Under the pieces are notes generated by a model, which saw nothing but the letters and a program-made list of their open reading frames with translations, was not told the DNA's origin and did no database searches. Shown here one piece after another: positions 28,034 through 38,083 of a DNA stretch of 64,000 bases. The position numbers and the translations under genes were made by a program. The first letter of the stretch is position 1. Every line of letters starts with the position of its first letter. Source of the DNA: a virus (Duplodnaviria > Caudoviricetes); the IMG/VR virus record IMGVR_UViG_3300005611_000006. One strand, 5' to 3'.

Positions 28034-29062
28034 ATGAGATCACTTAATTTAAATGAGGAGGGACTACGTGATTGGTTTGGAAAGTCCAAATCAAAAGATG
28101 GTAAACCTGGATGGGTGAATGTCGTTACTGGAGGAACTTGTGCAAGTGATAAACCAGGAGAAGGAGTTCCTAAATGTGTTTCTTCTACAAAAAGAGCAAG
28201 TATGACACCAGAAGAAAGAAGATCTGCTGCAAGAAGGAAAAAAGAAAAAGATCCTGGTCAACAACAAAAAACTGGGGCAGCAAAACCAACTTATGTTTCT
28301 ACAGATACTAAGAAAAAAATGAAAGAAGAAGTAGACACAAGAAGAGCACCAAAAGAATTAGTTGCTAGGTTGAGTGCCAGAAGAGAAGGAGAGATGGCAC
28401 AAGACGGTCCTAATAAAGCAGCATATGATGCTAAGCAAAGACTTCTTGCCAAATCAAAAGCAAAAATGAAAAAGGAAGAATTGGAATTAGATGAAGCAAA
28501 AGATAAGAAAGGAAAAAGTAGTGGCAAGAAAGATGCTTGCTACAGTAAAGTAAAATCACGTTATAGTGTTTGGCCATCTGCTTATGCATCTGGAGCATTA
28601 GTCAAGTGTCGTAAGGTTGGTGCAAAAAATTGGGGAAACAAATCTGAGTCTGCAGAAGCTAACGCTAAAATGTTAGCAGGTGAAAGATATTGTGATCTCT
28701 GCCAAAAGATGGAAAAAAGAGATGAGTGTATGTATGGTCCTAAAATGTGGGATAAGCATTCAAGAGGAATTAGTGAAGATTGTGTACCAGAACAAAAAAC
28801 TTTTGATCAATTCATTTTAGAATCTGCTGCTTGGACAAGAAAAGAAGGACAGAATCCTGAGGGTGGACTCAATGACGCAGGACGTAAGTCTGCCAAAGCA
28901 GATGGACATAACTTAAAACGACCTTCAAAGAAAGTTGGTAATAAGAGAAGAGATTCATTCTGCAAAAGAATGAAAGGTATGAAGAAGAAACTCACTTCTG
29001 CCAAAACTGCTAATGATCCAGATAGCAGAATCAACAAAAGTTTAAGAGCTTGGAATTGCTGA
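28034..29062 (+). CDS. Basic multi-module hypothetical protein, probable internal head protein
   Basis: Modules GLRDWF..PKC, KDACYSKVK...WPSAYASG, RYCDLC..C.YG and AWTRKEG...SLRAWNC, separated by Glu-containing linkers; CTAAATA late motif at 28004-28010. Confidence 0.8.
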   Translation: MRSLNLNEEGLRDWFGKSKSKDGKPGWVNVVTGGTCASDKPGEGVPKCVSSTKRASMTPEERRSAARRKKEKDPGQQQKTGAAKPTYVSTDTKKKMKEEVDTRRAPKELVARLSARREGEMAQDGPNKAAYDAKQRLLAKSKAKMKKEELELDEAKDKKGKSSGKKDACYSKVKSRYSVWPSAYASGALVKCRKVGAKNWGNKSESAEANAKMLAGERYCDLCQKMEKRDECMYGPKMWDKHSRGISEDCVPEQKTFDQFILESAAWTRKEGQNPEGGLNDAGRKSAKADGHNLKRPSKKVGNKRRDSFCKRMKGMKKKLTSAKTANDPDSRINKSLRAWNC

Positions 29063-29063
29063 T

Positions 29064-29378
29064 ATGAAAAGTTATAAAGAGTTTATTTCAGAGAGCATCA
29101 ATATTCAAGGTGACTTCAATGGAACTTTAAATATTGGATCTGCTCCAGAACCACAAAGAGTTGGCGAAGAATTCTCTGCAGACTTTGTTTGGCAGGGAAG
29201 CATTTATAGAGTTGAGATGGTTTCTGAAAATGGAATTCCATCTAGGGGGGAATTAGCAGAGCAACTTCAAGGTGAGTATCCTGGAGCAGTTGTGCATAAT
29301 ATCTACCCAACATCGCCAAAAAATACAAATATTACTAAAGTAAATAGATATCATCCAAGTAAATTAGAATGGATTTAA
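29064..29378 (+). CDS. Hypothetical protein with a T4 capsid-targeting-like N-terminus
   Basis: N-terminus MKSYKEFISE; tightly packed ORF. Confidence 0.8.
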   Translation: MKSYKEFISESINIQGDFNGTLNIGSAPEPQRVGEEFSADFVWQGSIYRVEMVSENGIPSRGELAEQLQGEYPGAVVHNIYPTSPKNTNITKVNRYHPSKLEWI

Positions 29379-29381
29379 ATT

Positions 29382-30704
29382 ATGGCAATTTGGAATATAA
29401 CTACACAAGATTATTTAAATCAGGAGAGAAGTCTTTTTGAAGTTTTTGGTGTTGCAACAAGGGATGGAAATGTTGTAGATAGATTTAATCGTTTTCCAGT
29501 TGATGTTCTTCCAGCAAATGCAGATGCTTTTGGGAGAACTAGAATATCTCAACCACTTACACTATTTGATAGTTCTCACAGATATAGAGATAATAATCTT
29601 TGGGAAAGTTTGATTGTAGGCACTGGTTCTACAGTTGGATTTGTAACAACTCAAGGATTAGTCAATATTGGTATTGGAACTACTGCTGGTTGTTCAGTAA
29701 TTAGAGAAACTACTAAGACATTCTCATATCAACCAGGAAAATCTTTGCTTGTGTTGAATACTTTTGTTCCTGCCGCACCAAAAGAAAATCTAAGACAAAG
29801 AATTGGATATTTTGGTGCCGATAATGGAATGTATTTTGAGATTAATGGCACAACTCCTTATTTTGTAGAGAGAAGTTTGTCTACTGGCACTCAAACTGAA
29901 GTAGCACAAGCAAATTGGAATGGTGATAAGTTGGATGGAACTGGTCCATCTGGTATTACATTAGATACATCCAAAGCACAAATTCTTTGGATGGATATTG
30001 AGTGGCTGGGTCTTGGCACAGTCAGAATGGGATTTGTGATAAACGGACAGTTTATCCTCTGCCATTCATTCCACCACTCAAACTTAATTGAATCCACTTA
30101 CATCACAACAGCATCTCTTCCTTTGAGATATGAGATTGCGAATACTGGTATTACTACAAGTAGTAGCACTATGAAGCAAGTTTGCTCTACCGTAATTTCT
30201 GAAGGTGGTTATGAATTGAGTGGATTGCAACAGGCAGTTCAGACACCAATTACAGCACCAGTAGATTTACCTTCTCCTGCAGGAACTTATTATCCAGTCA
30301 TTTCAATTCGTCTCAAATCTTCTCCAGATAGATTAGATGCGATTGTAATTCTGACAGCACTATCCATAATGGGTATTGGAAATGGACCAGAATACAACTG
30401 GCAAATGAGAGCATCAGCAACTACTACTGGTGGCACTTGGGTCAGTGCTGGTGTTGATAGTTCTGTTGAATACAAGATTGGTGGAACAAGTATAAGTGGT
30501 GGAAGAATTTTAGCATCAGGTTTCTTTTCATCAACCAATCAATCTTCCACATCAGTAGATATTCTGAAAGAAGCACTATTCAAGTTTCAGTTAGAAAGAA
30601 ATGGATTGACTGGAACTCCTTATGAATTGACACTTGTATGTGCATCTAACACTGCTGGTGCTGATGTTTTTGCTTCACTGGACTGGGAAGAAATTAGTAG
30701 GTAA
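29382..30704 (+). CDS. Beta-rich hypothetical, probably virion protein
   Basis: 440-aa ORF with DAFGR.R.S.P.TLFDS, YQPGKS and DIEWLG.G.VR motifs; located between gp16 and gp17. Confidence 0.75.
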   Translation: MAIWNITTQDYLNQERSLFEVFGVATRDGNVVDRFNRFPVDVLPANADAFGRTRISQPLTLFDSSHRYRDNNLWESLIVGTGSTVGFVTTQGLVNIGIGTTAGCSVIRETTKTFSYQPGKSLLVLNTFVPAAPKENLRQRIGYFGADNGMYFEINGTTPYFVERSLSTGTQTEVAQANWNGDKLDGTGPSGITLDTSKAQILWMDIEWLGLGTVRMGFVINGQFILCHSFHHSNLIESTYITTASLPLRYEIANTGITTSSSTMKQVCSTVISEGGYELSGLQQAVQTPITAPVDLPSPAGTYYPVISIRLKSSPDRLDAIVILTALSIMGIGNGPEYNWQMRASATTTGGTWVSAGVDSSVEYKIGGTSISGGRILASGFFSSTNQSSTSVDILKEALFKFQLERNGLTGTPYELTLVCASNTAGADVFASLDWEEISR

Positions 30705-30709
30705 TTCTT

Positions 30710-32353
30710 ATGAGTGATATATATCTTGGCAATCCTTTACTAAAAAAGGCTAATACTCCAATTGAATTTAGTGAAGAACAAATTATTGAATTTATTAAAT
30801 GTAAAGAGGATCCAGTTTATTTTGCCCAAAAATATATTAAAATTGTAAACGTAGATAGGGGATTAATACCCTTTGAAATGTATGATTTTCAAAAAAAGTT
30901 AATTCGTAATTTCCATCAAAATAGATTTAATATATGTAAAATGCCAAGACAGAGTGGTAAAAGTACCACTGTTGTTTCATATCTTTTACATTATGCTCTT
31001 TTCAATGATAGTTCAAATATTGCAATTCTTGCTAACAAAGCATCCACAGCAAGAGATCTTTTAGGTAGATTGCAAACTGCTTATGAAAATTTGCCTAAGT
31101 GGTTGCAACAAGGAGTTCTTGCTTGGAACAGAGGATCTTTAGAAATTGAAAATGGATCAAAGATTGTAGCGGCATCAACATCAGCATCTGCTGTTCGTGG
31201 TGGATCATATAATATTATATTCTTAGACGAATTTGCATTCATCCCAAACCATCTTGCAGATCAGTTTTTTGCATCTGTATATCCTACAATTTCTTCTGGT
31301 ACTTCAACCAAAGTAATTATGGTTTCTACCCCACACGGTATGAACCATTTTTATCGTTACTGGCACGATGCTGAAAGAGGAAAAAATAAATATGTGGCAA
31401 CTGAGGTTCATTGGACCGAAGTTCCTGGGAGAGATGATAAATGGAGAGAAGATACAATTGCAAATACTTCTGAACAACAATTCAGGGTTGAGTTTGAATG
31501 TGAGTTCTTAGGATCAGTAGATACTCTTATTGCACCTAGTAAGTTGAGGAGTATGGTTTATGATGATCCAATTAAAAGAAATGCAGGATTAGATATCTAT
31601 GAAAATCCCATTTTAGACCACGATTATTTAATTACTGTAGATGTTGCAAGAGGAGTTGAAATTGATTACTCAGCGTTCATAGTTTTTGATATAACGACTT
31701 TTCCACATAAGATAGTTGCAAAATATAGAAATAATGAAATAAAACCAATGATATATCCTTCAGTAATTCATCAAGTTGCAACATCTTATAATAATGCTTT
31801 TATATTATGTGAAGTTAATGATGTTGGAGATCAAGTTGCTAGTATATTACAATATGATTTAGAATATCAAAATTTACTTATGTGTTCGATGAGGGGTAGA
31901 GCTGGTCAATTGGTTGGTCAGGGATTCTCCGGTAAGAAGACTCAACTTGGAGTTAAAATGTCGAAGGTGGTAAAAAAAGTAGGATGTTTAAATTTGAAAA
32001 CTATTATAGAAGAAGATAAACTAATATTCAATGATTATGAAATTATTTCAGAACTAACTACATTTATTCAAAAATCAAATTCTTTTGAAGCAGAAGAAGG
32101 TTGTAATGATGATTTAGCAATGTGCCTTGTAATTTATGCTTGGTTAGTTGCACAAGACTACTTTAAAGAATTAACTGATCAAGATGTAAGAAAACGACTA
32201 TATCAAGAGCAAAAAAATCAAATTGAACAAGATATGTCTCCTTTTGGATTTATTTTGGATGGTAGAGAATCTACTTCACTAGTAGATTCTGAAGGTGACA
32301 TTTGGCATTTAGATGAATACGGAGATAAGTCTTATATGTGGGAGTATAGATAA
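30710..32353 (+). CDS. gp17: Terminase large subunit gp17
   Basis: YLGNP.LKK, Walker A PRQSGKSTT, Walker B IIFLDEFAF, STPHGMNHFY and DDLAM. Confidence 0.97.
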   Translation: MSDIYLGNPLLKKANTPIEFSEEQIIEFIKCKEDPVYFAQKYIKIVNVDRGLIPFEMYDFQKKLIRNFHQNRFNICKMPRQSGKSTTVVSYLLHYALFNDSSNIAILANKASTARDLLGRLQTAYENLPKWLQQGVLAWNRGSLEIENGSKIVAASTSASAVRGGSYNIIFLDEFAFIPNHLADQFFASVYPTISSGTSTKVIMVSTPHGMNHFYRYWHDAERGKNKYVATEVHWTEVPGRDDKWREDTIANTSEQQFRVEFECEFLGSVDTLIAPSKLRSMVYDDPIKRNAGLDIYENPILDHDYLITVDVARGVEIDYSAFIVFDITTFPHKIVAKYRNNEIKPMIYPSVIHQVATSYNNAFILCEVNDVGDQVASILQYDLEYQNLLMCSMRGRAGQLVGQGFSGKKTQLGVKMSKVVKKVGCLNLKTIIEEDKLIFNDYEIISELTTFIQKSNSFEAEEGCNDDLAMCLVIYAWLVAQDYFKELTDQDVRKRLYQEQKNQIEQDMSPFGFILDGRESTSLVDSEGDIWHLDEYGDKSYMWEYR

Positions 32354-32364
32354 ATGAAGAAAAT

Positions 32365-32372
32365 TATAAATA
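32365..32372 (+). promoter_or_regulatory. T4-type late promoter for gp18
   Basis: TATAAATA. Same or variant motifs (N-TAAATA) occur at 16150, 24473, 26696, 28004, 35665, 37339, 38737, 39959, 41496, 61908, 62507 and 62915, each before a late gene. Confidence 0.85.
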
Positions 32373-32408
32373 CTTTTAGACAAAAATGAAGCATTTAGAG
32401 GAGTTAAA

Positions 32409-35021
32409 ATGGCTTTACGCTTAGCATCTCCAGGGATTAGTATTAGAGAAGTAGACTTAACTAGAGGGTCAGTTAATGCTACTTCTACTTTGTCTGCAGG
32501 AATTGCAGCACCATTTGAAAAAGGTCCTGTAGAGGAAGTAGTTGCTATTAATAATGAAAATGAATTAATTCAAGTATTTGGAAAACCAAGTAAAAATGAT
32601 TACCACTATGAGCATTGGTTCTCAGCTTCAAACTTTTTATCTTACGGCGGAAGTTTAAAGGTAGTAAGATCGGACTCCAGTAATCTTAAAAGTTCAAATG
32701 CTGCAGTTGGTGCAGCTTCAACATCACTTAAAATTAATAACTACGAAAGTTATCAATCATCATCTTCTTCTGGATACTATTGGGCAGCAAAAACTCCAGG
32801 ATCTTGGTCAGATTCTATTAAAGTTTGTATAATTGACAATTTTGCGGATCAAACTTTTTCTGGATTAAGTACCTCAGGAATTGCTGTTGGATATGCAATT
32901 ACTCAAACAGTTTCTGCCAATGAAGAAGTAAAGGGAATTGTAACTGGAGTAGGAAGTTCTGAATTTTATGTTAAGATTGTAAGTAAAACTAATACTTCAT
33001 CTGGAACTGCAGTAACAACCTCACAAGAATATACCGAGAGAGGAAAGTATTCCTTTAAAACGACATACGATTTTTATGTTAATGGAACTCTTGGTGCAGG
33101 ATCAACCACGGTTTCAGTAACTAGAGCGGGATTAGGTACGAATACAGCTCAAACTATCGGAGCAGGAACAAGTTTAACTTTATTAGATAAGACTGGATCT
33201 ACTGTAGTACAATTAGCCGGAGGAGATGTTTTCACTTCATCGGAAGATGAACTTACAGTATCTAATGTTTCTGGAATTTCTACAGGAACTGTAATTGGAG
33301 TTGGAACTGAACTTCTTTATGTCAATGCGGTATCTGGCAATAACTTAGTAGTAAGAAATGGTGGCACAAATTATAATAGTTATGGAACAGTTCAATCTGA
33401 GCATCAAGATGGTGCAGTAGTTACAATTTATTCATATATACAAGATCATGTAGAAGTATCAGAAGAAGCTCTTTCTGATTCTACTACTTTAAAATTAAGT
33501 GGAATTGGAAGTATTACTGCAGACGATTACCTAATTGATCAACTATCTAATGAAGTAATTAAAGTAAATACTATCTCAAATACTGGTGTTTTAACTGCAT
33601 CTAAAATTGATGATTGGTATAGTTCTCAATATATTTTAAAAACAGCAGATGGTGATACCAGAAATCTTCTCTGGAGGGATGTTGCACCAAGACCACAAAC
33701 TAATGAATATGTAACAACAAGAAATGGTGGAAACGACTCTTTCCACATAGTTGTTGTTGATGGTGTAAAGGGATTAAATAACAATAATTCTGTTGCTCAA
33801 GAAAGATTAGAAACATTTTTAAATCTTTCAAAAGCATCTGATGCACAAATTTCTCCAGCAGAAAAAGTTTACTATAAAGATTATCTAGCATTAAATTCTC
33901 AATTTATTTACGCTGGTTCAGTATTAGGATCAGATAGCTGGTGGAACTTGTATCCAGTTGCTTCAAATTTCTCAAGTGGAAATACTCCACTTTCAACTTC
34001 ATTGGGTCTTTGGGGTCAAGAGTCTTCTGGAGTTTACTTTAACGCAATTGGTAATAAATCTTTTACTTTGACTGGAGGTAAGGATTACTCTGGAACAAAT
34101 AATATTGGTGGATTTGAAGTTTCAAACTCTGATATTGAGTCTGCTTATGACAAACTATCAAATGAAAATGAAGTTTCACTAAATTTCTTACTTCAGGGTG
34201 GTTCATCTGGAACTACTCAGTATGAACAGCAAAAAGCAAATTATATAATTGGAATTGCAAATCAAAGAAAAGATTGTATTGCATTTATTTCACCAAATAG
34301 AACAAGTCTTGTTAATGTTACGACAGAATCTCAAAAACTATCAAATGTTCTTGAGTTTTTCACGCCATTAACTTCTTCATCTTATGCTGTTTTTGATTCT
34401 GGATATCAATATTTTTATGATAGATTTAACAAGGATTTCCATTATATGCCTTGTTCATCTGATGTTGCTGGACTTTGTGTTAAAACTGATATAGATCAGT
34501 TCCCTTGGTATTCTCCAGCAGGAAAAGTCAGAGGTTCTTTAAAGAATGTAGTAAAACTAGCATATAATCCTAACCAATCTGATAGAGATAGTTTATACTC
34601 AAATAGAATTAATCCAATTATAACTTCTCCAGGTTCTGGAACCATTCTATTTGGCGACAAGACTGCACTTTCATACTCTTCGGCATTCGATAGAATAAAT
34701 GTTCGTAGATTGTTTATTACAATCGAAGGAGCAATTAGATCTGCTGCTGATGCACAACTATTTGAGTTTAATGATGGTGCTACAAGAGCAAACTTTATTA
34801 ATATTGTTGAACCATATTTAAGAGATGTTCAAGCAAAAAGAGGAATTACTGATTTCCTCTTAATTTGTGATGAAACTAATAATACTCCAGCGGTTATTGA
34901 TCGTAATGAATTTGTAGCTGATATCTATGTGAAACCAGCTCGTTCAATTAACTTTATTGGACTTACATTTATTGCTACGAGAACTGGAGTTTCATTCCAG
35001 ACCGTTGCAGGAACAGTTTAA
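32409..35021 (+). CDS. gp18: Tail sheath protein gp18 (with inserted domain)
   Basis: SPGISIREVDLT, PWYSPAG..RG, AFDRINVRRLF and KPARSINFI. Confidence 0.97.
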   Translation: MALRLASPGISIREVDLTRGSVNATSTLSAGIAAPFEKGPVEEVVAINNENELIQVFGKPSKNDYHYEHWFSASNFLSYGGSLKVVRSDSSNLKSSNAAVGAASTSLKINNYESYQSSSSSGYYWAAKTPGSWSDSIKVCIIDNFADQTFSGLSTSGIAVGYAITQTVSANEEVKGIVTGVGSSEFYVKIVSKTNTSSGTAVTTSQEYTERGKYSFKTTYDFYVNGTLGAGSTTVSVTRAGLGTNTAQTIGAGTSLTLLDKTGSTVVQLAGGDVFTSSEDELTVSNVSGISTGTVIGVGTELLYVNAVSGNNLVVRNGGTNYNSYGTVQSEHQDGAVVTIYSYIQDHVEVSEEALSDSTTLKLSGIGSITADDYLIDQLSNEVIKVNTISNTGVLTASKIDDWYSSQYILKTADGDTRNLLWRDVAPRPQTNEYVTTRNGGNDSFHIVVVDGVKGLNNNNSVAQERLETFLNLSKASDAQISPAEKVYYKDYLALNSQFIYAGSVLGSDSWWNLYPVASNFSSGNTPLSTSLGLWGQESSGVYFNAIGNKSFTLTGGKDYSGTNNIGGFEVSNSDIESAYDKLSNENEVSLNFLLQGGSSGTTQYEQQKANYIIGIANQRKDCIAFISPNRTSLVNVTTESQKLSNVLEFFTPLTSSSYAVFDSGYQYFYDRFNKDFHYMPCSSDVAGLCVKTDIDQFPWYSPAGKVRGSLKNVVKLAYNPNQSDRDSLYSNRINPIITSPGSGTILFGDKTALSYSSAFDRINVRRLFITIEGAIRSAADAQLFEFNDGATRANFINIVEPYLRDVQAKRGITDFLLICDETNNTPAVIDRNEFVADIYVKPARSINFIGLTFIATRTGVSFQTVAGTV

Positions 35022-35041
35022 TTTAACCAGGAGAAAAAACA

Positions 35042-35668
35042 ATGCCACAATTTCAAGATAGAACTATTGAAAAGTTCAAAAAACAACTAAAAGGTGGAGG
35101 AGCTCGTAGTAATCTTTTTGAAGTAAGTTTTGGTACTGCTCCCTCTTCAACATTCACTTTACCGCCTACTGGAGATCAGATCAATTCTGACGATTATATG
35201 TTGATTAAATCTGCTGGTCTTCCTGCATCTACTATTACTGAAATTCCAATTGCTTTTAGAGGAAGAACTTTAAAAATTGCTGGAGACAGAACTTTTGATA
35301 TCTGGACAATCACTATTATTAATGATGTAGACTTTAAGTGGAGAAATATTTTTGAAAGATGGATGAATTATATTGTAAAAGTTTCTGATGGAAGTGGTTC
35401 TATTGATCCAAGTGAATATATGGTGGATATGAATGTAACTCAATTATCTAAGGGTCCTGGAACTTCATTAGGAACTCCTGGAACTCAGGGTGGCAATATT
35501 GATGTTTTAAGAAAATATATTGTCCATAGTGTATTCCCAACTAATATATCTCAAATTGACTTGTCTTATAATAATGAAAATGAAGTTGAAGAATTTACTG
35601 TAGATCTTCAAATTCAATGGTGGGAAGCTGCAGATAATAATAATAGTCCAGAGTCTCAAGTCATCTAA
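35042..35668 (+). CDS. gp19: Tail tube protein gp19
   Basis: GGGARSNLFEV, FRGRTLKIAGDRTF..WT.T..ND and EEFTV. Confidence 0.96.
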   Translation: MPQFQDRTIEKFKKQLKGGGARSNLFEVSFGTAPSSTFTLPPTGDQINSDDYMLIKSAGLPASTITEIPIAFRGRTLKIAGDRTFDIWTITIINDVDFKWRNIFERWMNYIVKVSDGSGSIDPSEYMVDMNVTQLSKGPGTSLGTPGTQGGNIDVLRKYIVHSVFPTNISQIDLSYNNENEVEEFTVDLQIQWWEAADNNNSPESQVI

Positions 35669-35693
35669 ATACTAGAAAGTTTAAATTTACACA

Positions 35694-37343
35694 ATGGCAA
35701 AGTTATTTGGATTTTCTATTGATGATGAAAAAAATAAGCCTAAGGGTGTTATATCCCCCGTTCCCGTAAATAACGAGGACGGGGCAAATTATCATTTAAC
35801 AAGCGGATTTTCTGGTCAATATGTAGATATTGAAGGAGTATTTAGAAATGAATATGACCTAGTTAAAAAGTATCGTGAAATGTCACTTCATCCAGAGTGT
35901 GACAGTGCAATTGAAAATGTTGTAAATGAAGCTATTGTAAGTGATTTAAATGATAGTCCTGTGGAAATTGAACTTAGCAATTTAAATGCTAGTGATGGAT
36001 TAAAGAATATTATACGTGAAGAATTTAAATATCTTAAAGATTTAATGGATTTTGATAAAAAATCCCATGAAATCTTTAAGAATTGGTATGTAGATGGAAG
36101 ACTTTATTATCATAAAGTTATAGATTTAAAAAATCCATCAGCAGGAATTCAAGATATTCGTTATATTGATCCTTTGAAAATTAAATTTATGCGTGTTGAA
36201 GATAAGAATAATTATAATATAGGATATTCTAATATTAAAGATATAAAAGATTCAAGTACTATTAGAGAACCAAATATTAATGAATTTTTTATATATACTC
36301 CATCTACCACTACACAAAAATATGGTGGAAGTAATATAGGTGTAAAAATTGCAAAGGATTCTATTACATATGTTACTTCTGGTCTTATCGATAGAAATAA
36401 ACAACTAACACTTTCTTACTTACATAAAGCAATAAAATCACTCAATCAATTGAGAATGATTGAAGATGCACTTGTAATTTATCGTTTATCTCGCGCTCCA
36501 GAGAGGAGAATATTTTATATTGATGTTGGAAATCTTCCTAAGGTAAAGGCAGAACAATATCTTCGTGAAGTTATGAATAGGTATCGTAATAAGTTAGTTT
36601 ATGATGCAAATACTGGTGAGATGAGAGATGATAAAAAATTTATGAGTATGATGGAAGATTTTTGGCTTCCAAGAAGAGAAGGTGGAAGAGGCACAGAAAT
36701 TTCTACTCTTCCTGGAGGACAAAATCTTGGAGAACTTCAAGATGTTCAATATTTTCAAAAGAAGTTATTCAGATCACTAAATGTTCCTGAATCAAGAACT
36801 GCTTCTGATGGTGGATTCAATTTAGGACGTTCTTCAGAAATTCTAAGAGATGAATTAATGTTTACTAAGTATGTAGGAAGACTGAGGAAGAGATTTAGTA
36901 ACCTTTTTCATGATATTCTTAAGACACAATTAATCCTTAAGAATATAGTTACTCCTGAAGATTGGGAGCAAATGAGTGATCATATTCAATATGATTACTT
37001 GTATGATAATCATTTTTCAGAGTTGAAAGATTCTGAACTTATGACTGAAAGAATTAATCTACTAATGGCAGTTCAACCTTATGTTGGAACTTACTACTCT
37101 CAAGATTATGTCAAGAGAAAGATTTTAAGACAAACTGATCAAGAAATCATAGATCAAAAGAAAATAATTGAAAAGGAAATTAATGATGGAGTTTATCCAG
37201 ATCCACAATTAGTTCCTCCAGTAGATTCTGATGGTAATCCAATGATTGATGGTCAACAAATGATGGGTCAAGTTCCAAATGAACCAGAAGTATCTGGAGC
37301 AGATAAGGCAACATCTATAGATTCCAAAGCTGCAGAAATATAA
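35694..37343 (+). CDS. gp20: Portal vertex protein gp20
   Basis: YRLSRAPERRIFYIDVGNLPK and EDFWLPRREGGRGTEISTLPGGQNLG. Confidence 0.98.
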   Translation: MAKLFGFSIDDEKNKPKGVISPVPVNNEDGANYHLTSGFSGQYVDIEGVFRNEYDLVKKYREMSLHPECDSAIENVVNEAIVSDLNDSPVEIELSNLNASDGLKNIIREEFKYLKDLMDFDKKSHEIFKNWYVDGRLYYHKVIDLKNPSAGIQDIRYIDPLKIKFMRVEDKNNYNIGYSNIKDIKDSSTIREPNINEFFIYTPSTTTQKYGGSNIGVKIAKDSITYVTSGLIDRNKQLTLSYLHKAIKSLNQLRMIEDALVIYRLSRAPERRIFYIDVGNLPKVKAEQYLREVMNRYRNKLVYDANTGEMRDDKKFMSMMEDFWLPRREGGRGTEISTLPGGQNLGELQDVQYFQKKLFRSLNVPESRTASDGGFNLGRSSEILRDELMFTKYVGRLRKRFSNLFHDILKTQLILKNIVTPEDWEQMSDHIQYDYLYDNHFSELKDSELMTERINLLMAVQPYVGTYYSQDYVKRKILRQTDQEIIDQKKIIEKEINDGVYPDPQLVPPVDSDGNPMIDGQQMMGQVPNEPEVSGADKATSIDSKAAEI

Positions 37344-37371
37344 ATAGTTTCATAAAAAATGAGGTATTTTA

Positions 37372-37551
37372 ATGGAAGATAATAATGATCTTATGGACAT
37401 TATTTTAGATGGCAGTTCTCCTGAAGAAGTGTCTGATAAAATCAAACAATTACTATATGCAAAGTCTATTGAAAAAATTGATAGTTTAAAACCACAAGTT
37501 GCTCTTAGTATGTTTAAAGCTGATGATTCAGATAGTTCAGAGGAAGATTGA
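37372..37551 (+). CDS. Small acidic protein (59 aa), prohead-core-like position
   Basis: Translated by hand: MEDNNDLMDIILDGSSPEEVSDKIKQLLYAKSIEKIDSLKPQVALSMFKADDSDSSEED; GAGG RBS; TATAAATA at 37339-37346. Confidence 0.8.
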   Translation: MEDNNDLMDIILDGSSPEEVSDKIKQLLYAKSIEKIDSLKPQVALSMFKADDSDSSEED

Positions 37552-38078
37552 TGTCATTTAAAGTAGTACAAACTGTAAATAATTTATCAGTTTCGACTGG
37601 AGTATCTACAAGTGTCCCAATTGAATTGAATAGTGGATATTTAAAATTAACTCCTACTGTAGGGTGTAGTGTTGCTACTGGCAATTCGCCAACAGCATCG
37701 TCTAATGATTTTTATATTCCTGCTAACGAAAGTGAAGTTTTAAAAGAAAGAGTTGCTCGTCAAAAGATTTCTGGTATTACTACTGGAGCAACAACAATTG
37801 TTTCATTTTCTCAAAATTCTTCAAATCCCTTTCTTGTTGGTGATTATGTAACAATTTCAAATGCTTCACCTTCAGGAATTAATACCTCACATAATTTAAT
37901 ATCTGCGATATCTGAAGATCCTTTAACTGGGATTGTTAGTCTTACTATTAACTATAATAGTTCTTCGGTAACAGGAGTAACTGTTAATAATGCATACTTG
38001 GCAAGAAGCGTAAAAGTTTCTGGATTAGGTGTTAGTTCTGGACTTTTACATATTACAGAAGTACAAATTACATCTTAA
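37551..38078 (+). CDS. Hypothetical Ser/Thr-rich structural protein
   Basis: ATG overlaps the upstream TGA; lies between gp20 and gp21. Confidence 0.75.
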   Translation: MSFKVVQTVNNLSVSTGVSTSVPIELNSGYLKLTPTVGCSVATGNSPTASSNDFYIPANESEVLKERVARQKISGITTGATTIVSFSQNSSNPFLVGDYVTISNASPSGINTSHNLISAISEDPLTGIVSLTINYNSSSVTGVTVNNAYLARSVKVSGLGVSSGLLHITEVQITS

Positions 38079-38083
38079 ACAAA

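Noticed and set aside
1158-30538. Numerous minus-strand ORFs antisense to the glycosyltransferase and structural genes (for example 1158, 5581, 11200, 14944, 19345, 26226, 28291, 29891)
   Set aside because: Shadow frames of well-supported + strand genes, with no minus-strand promoters or RBS seen.
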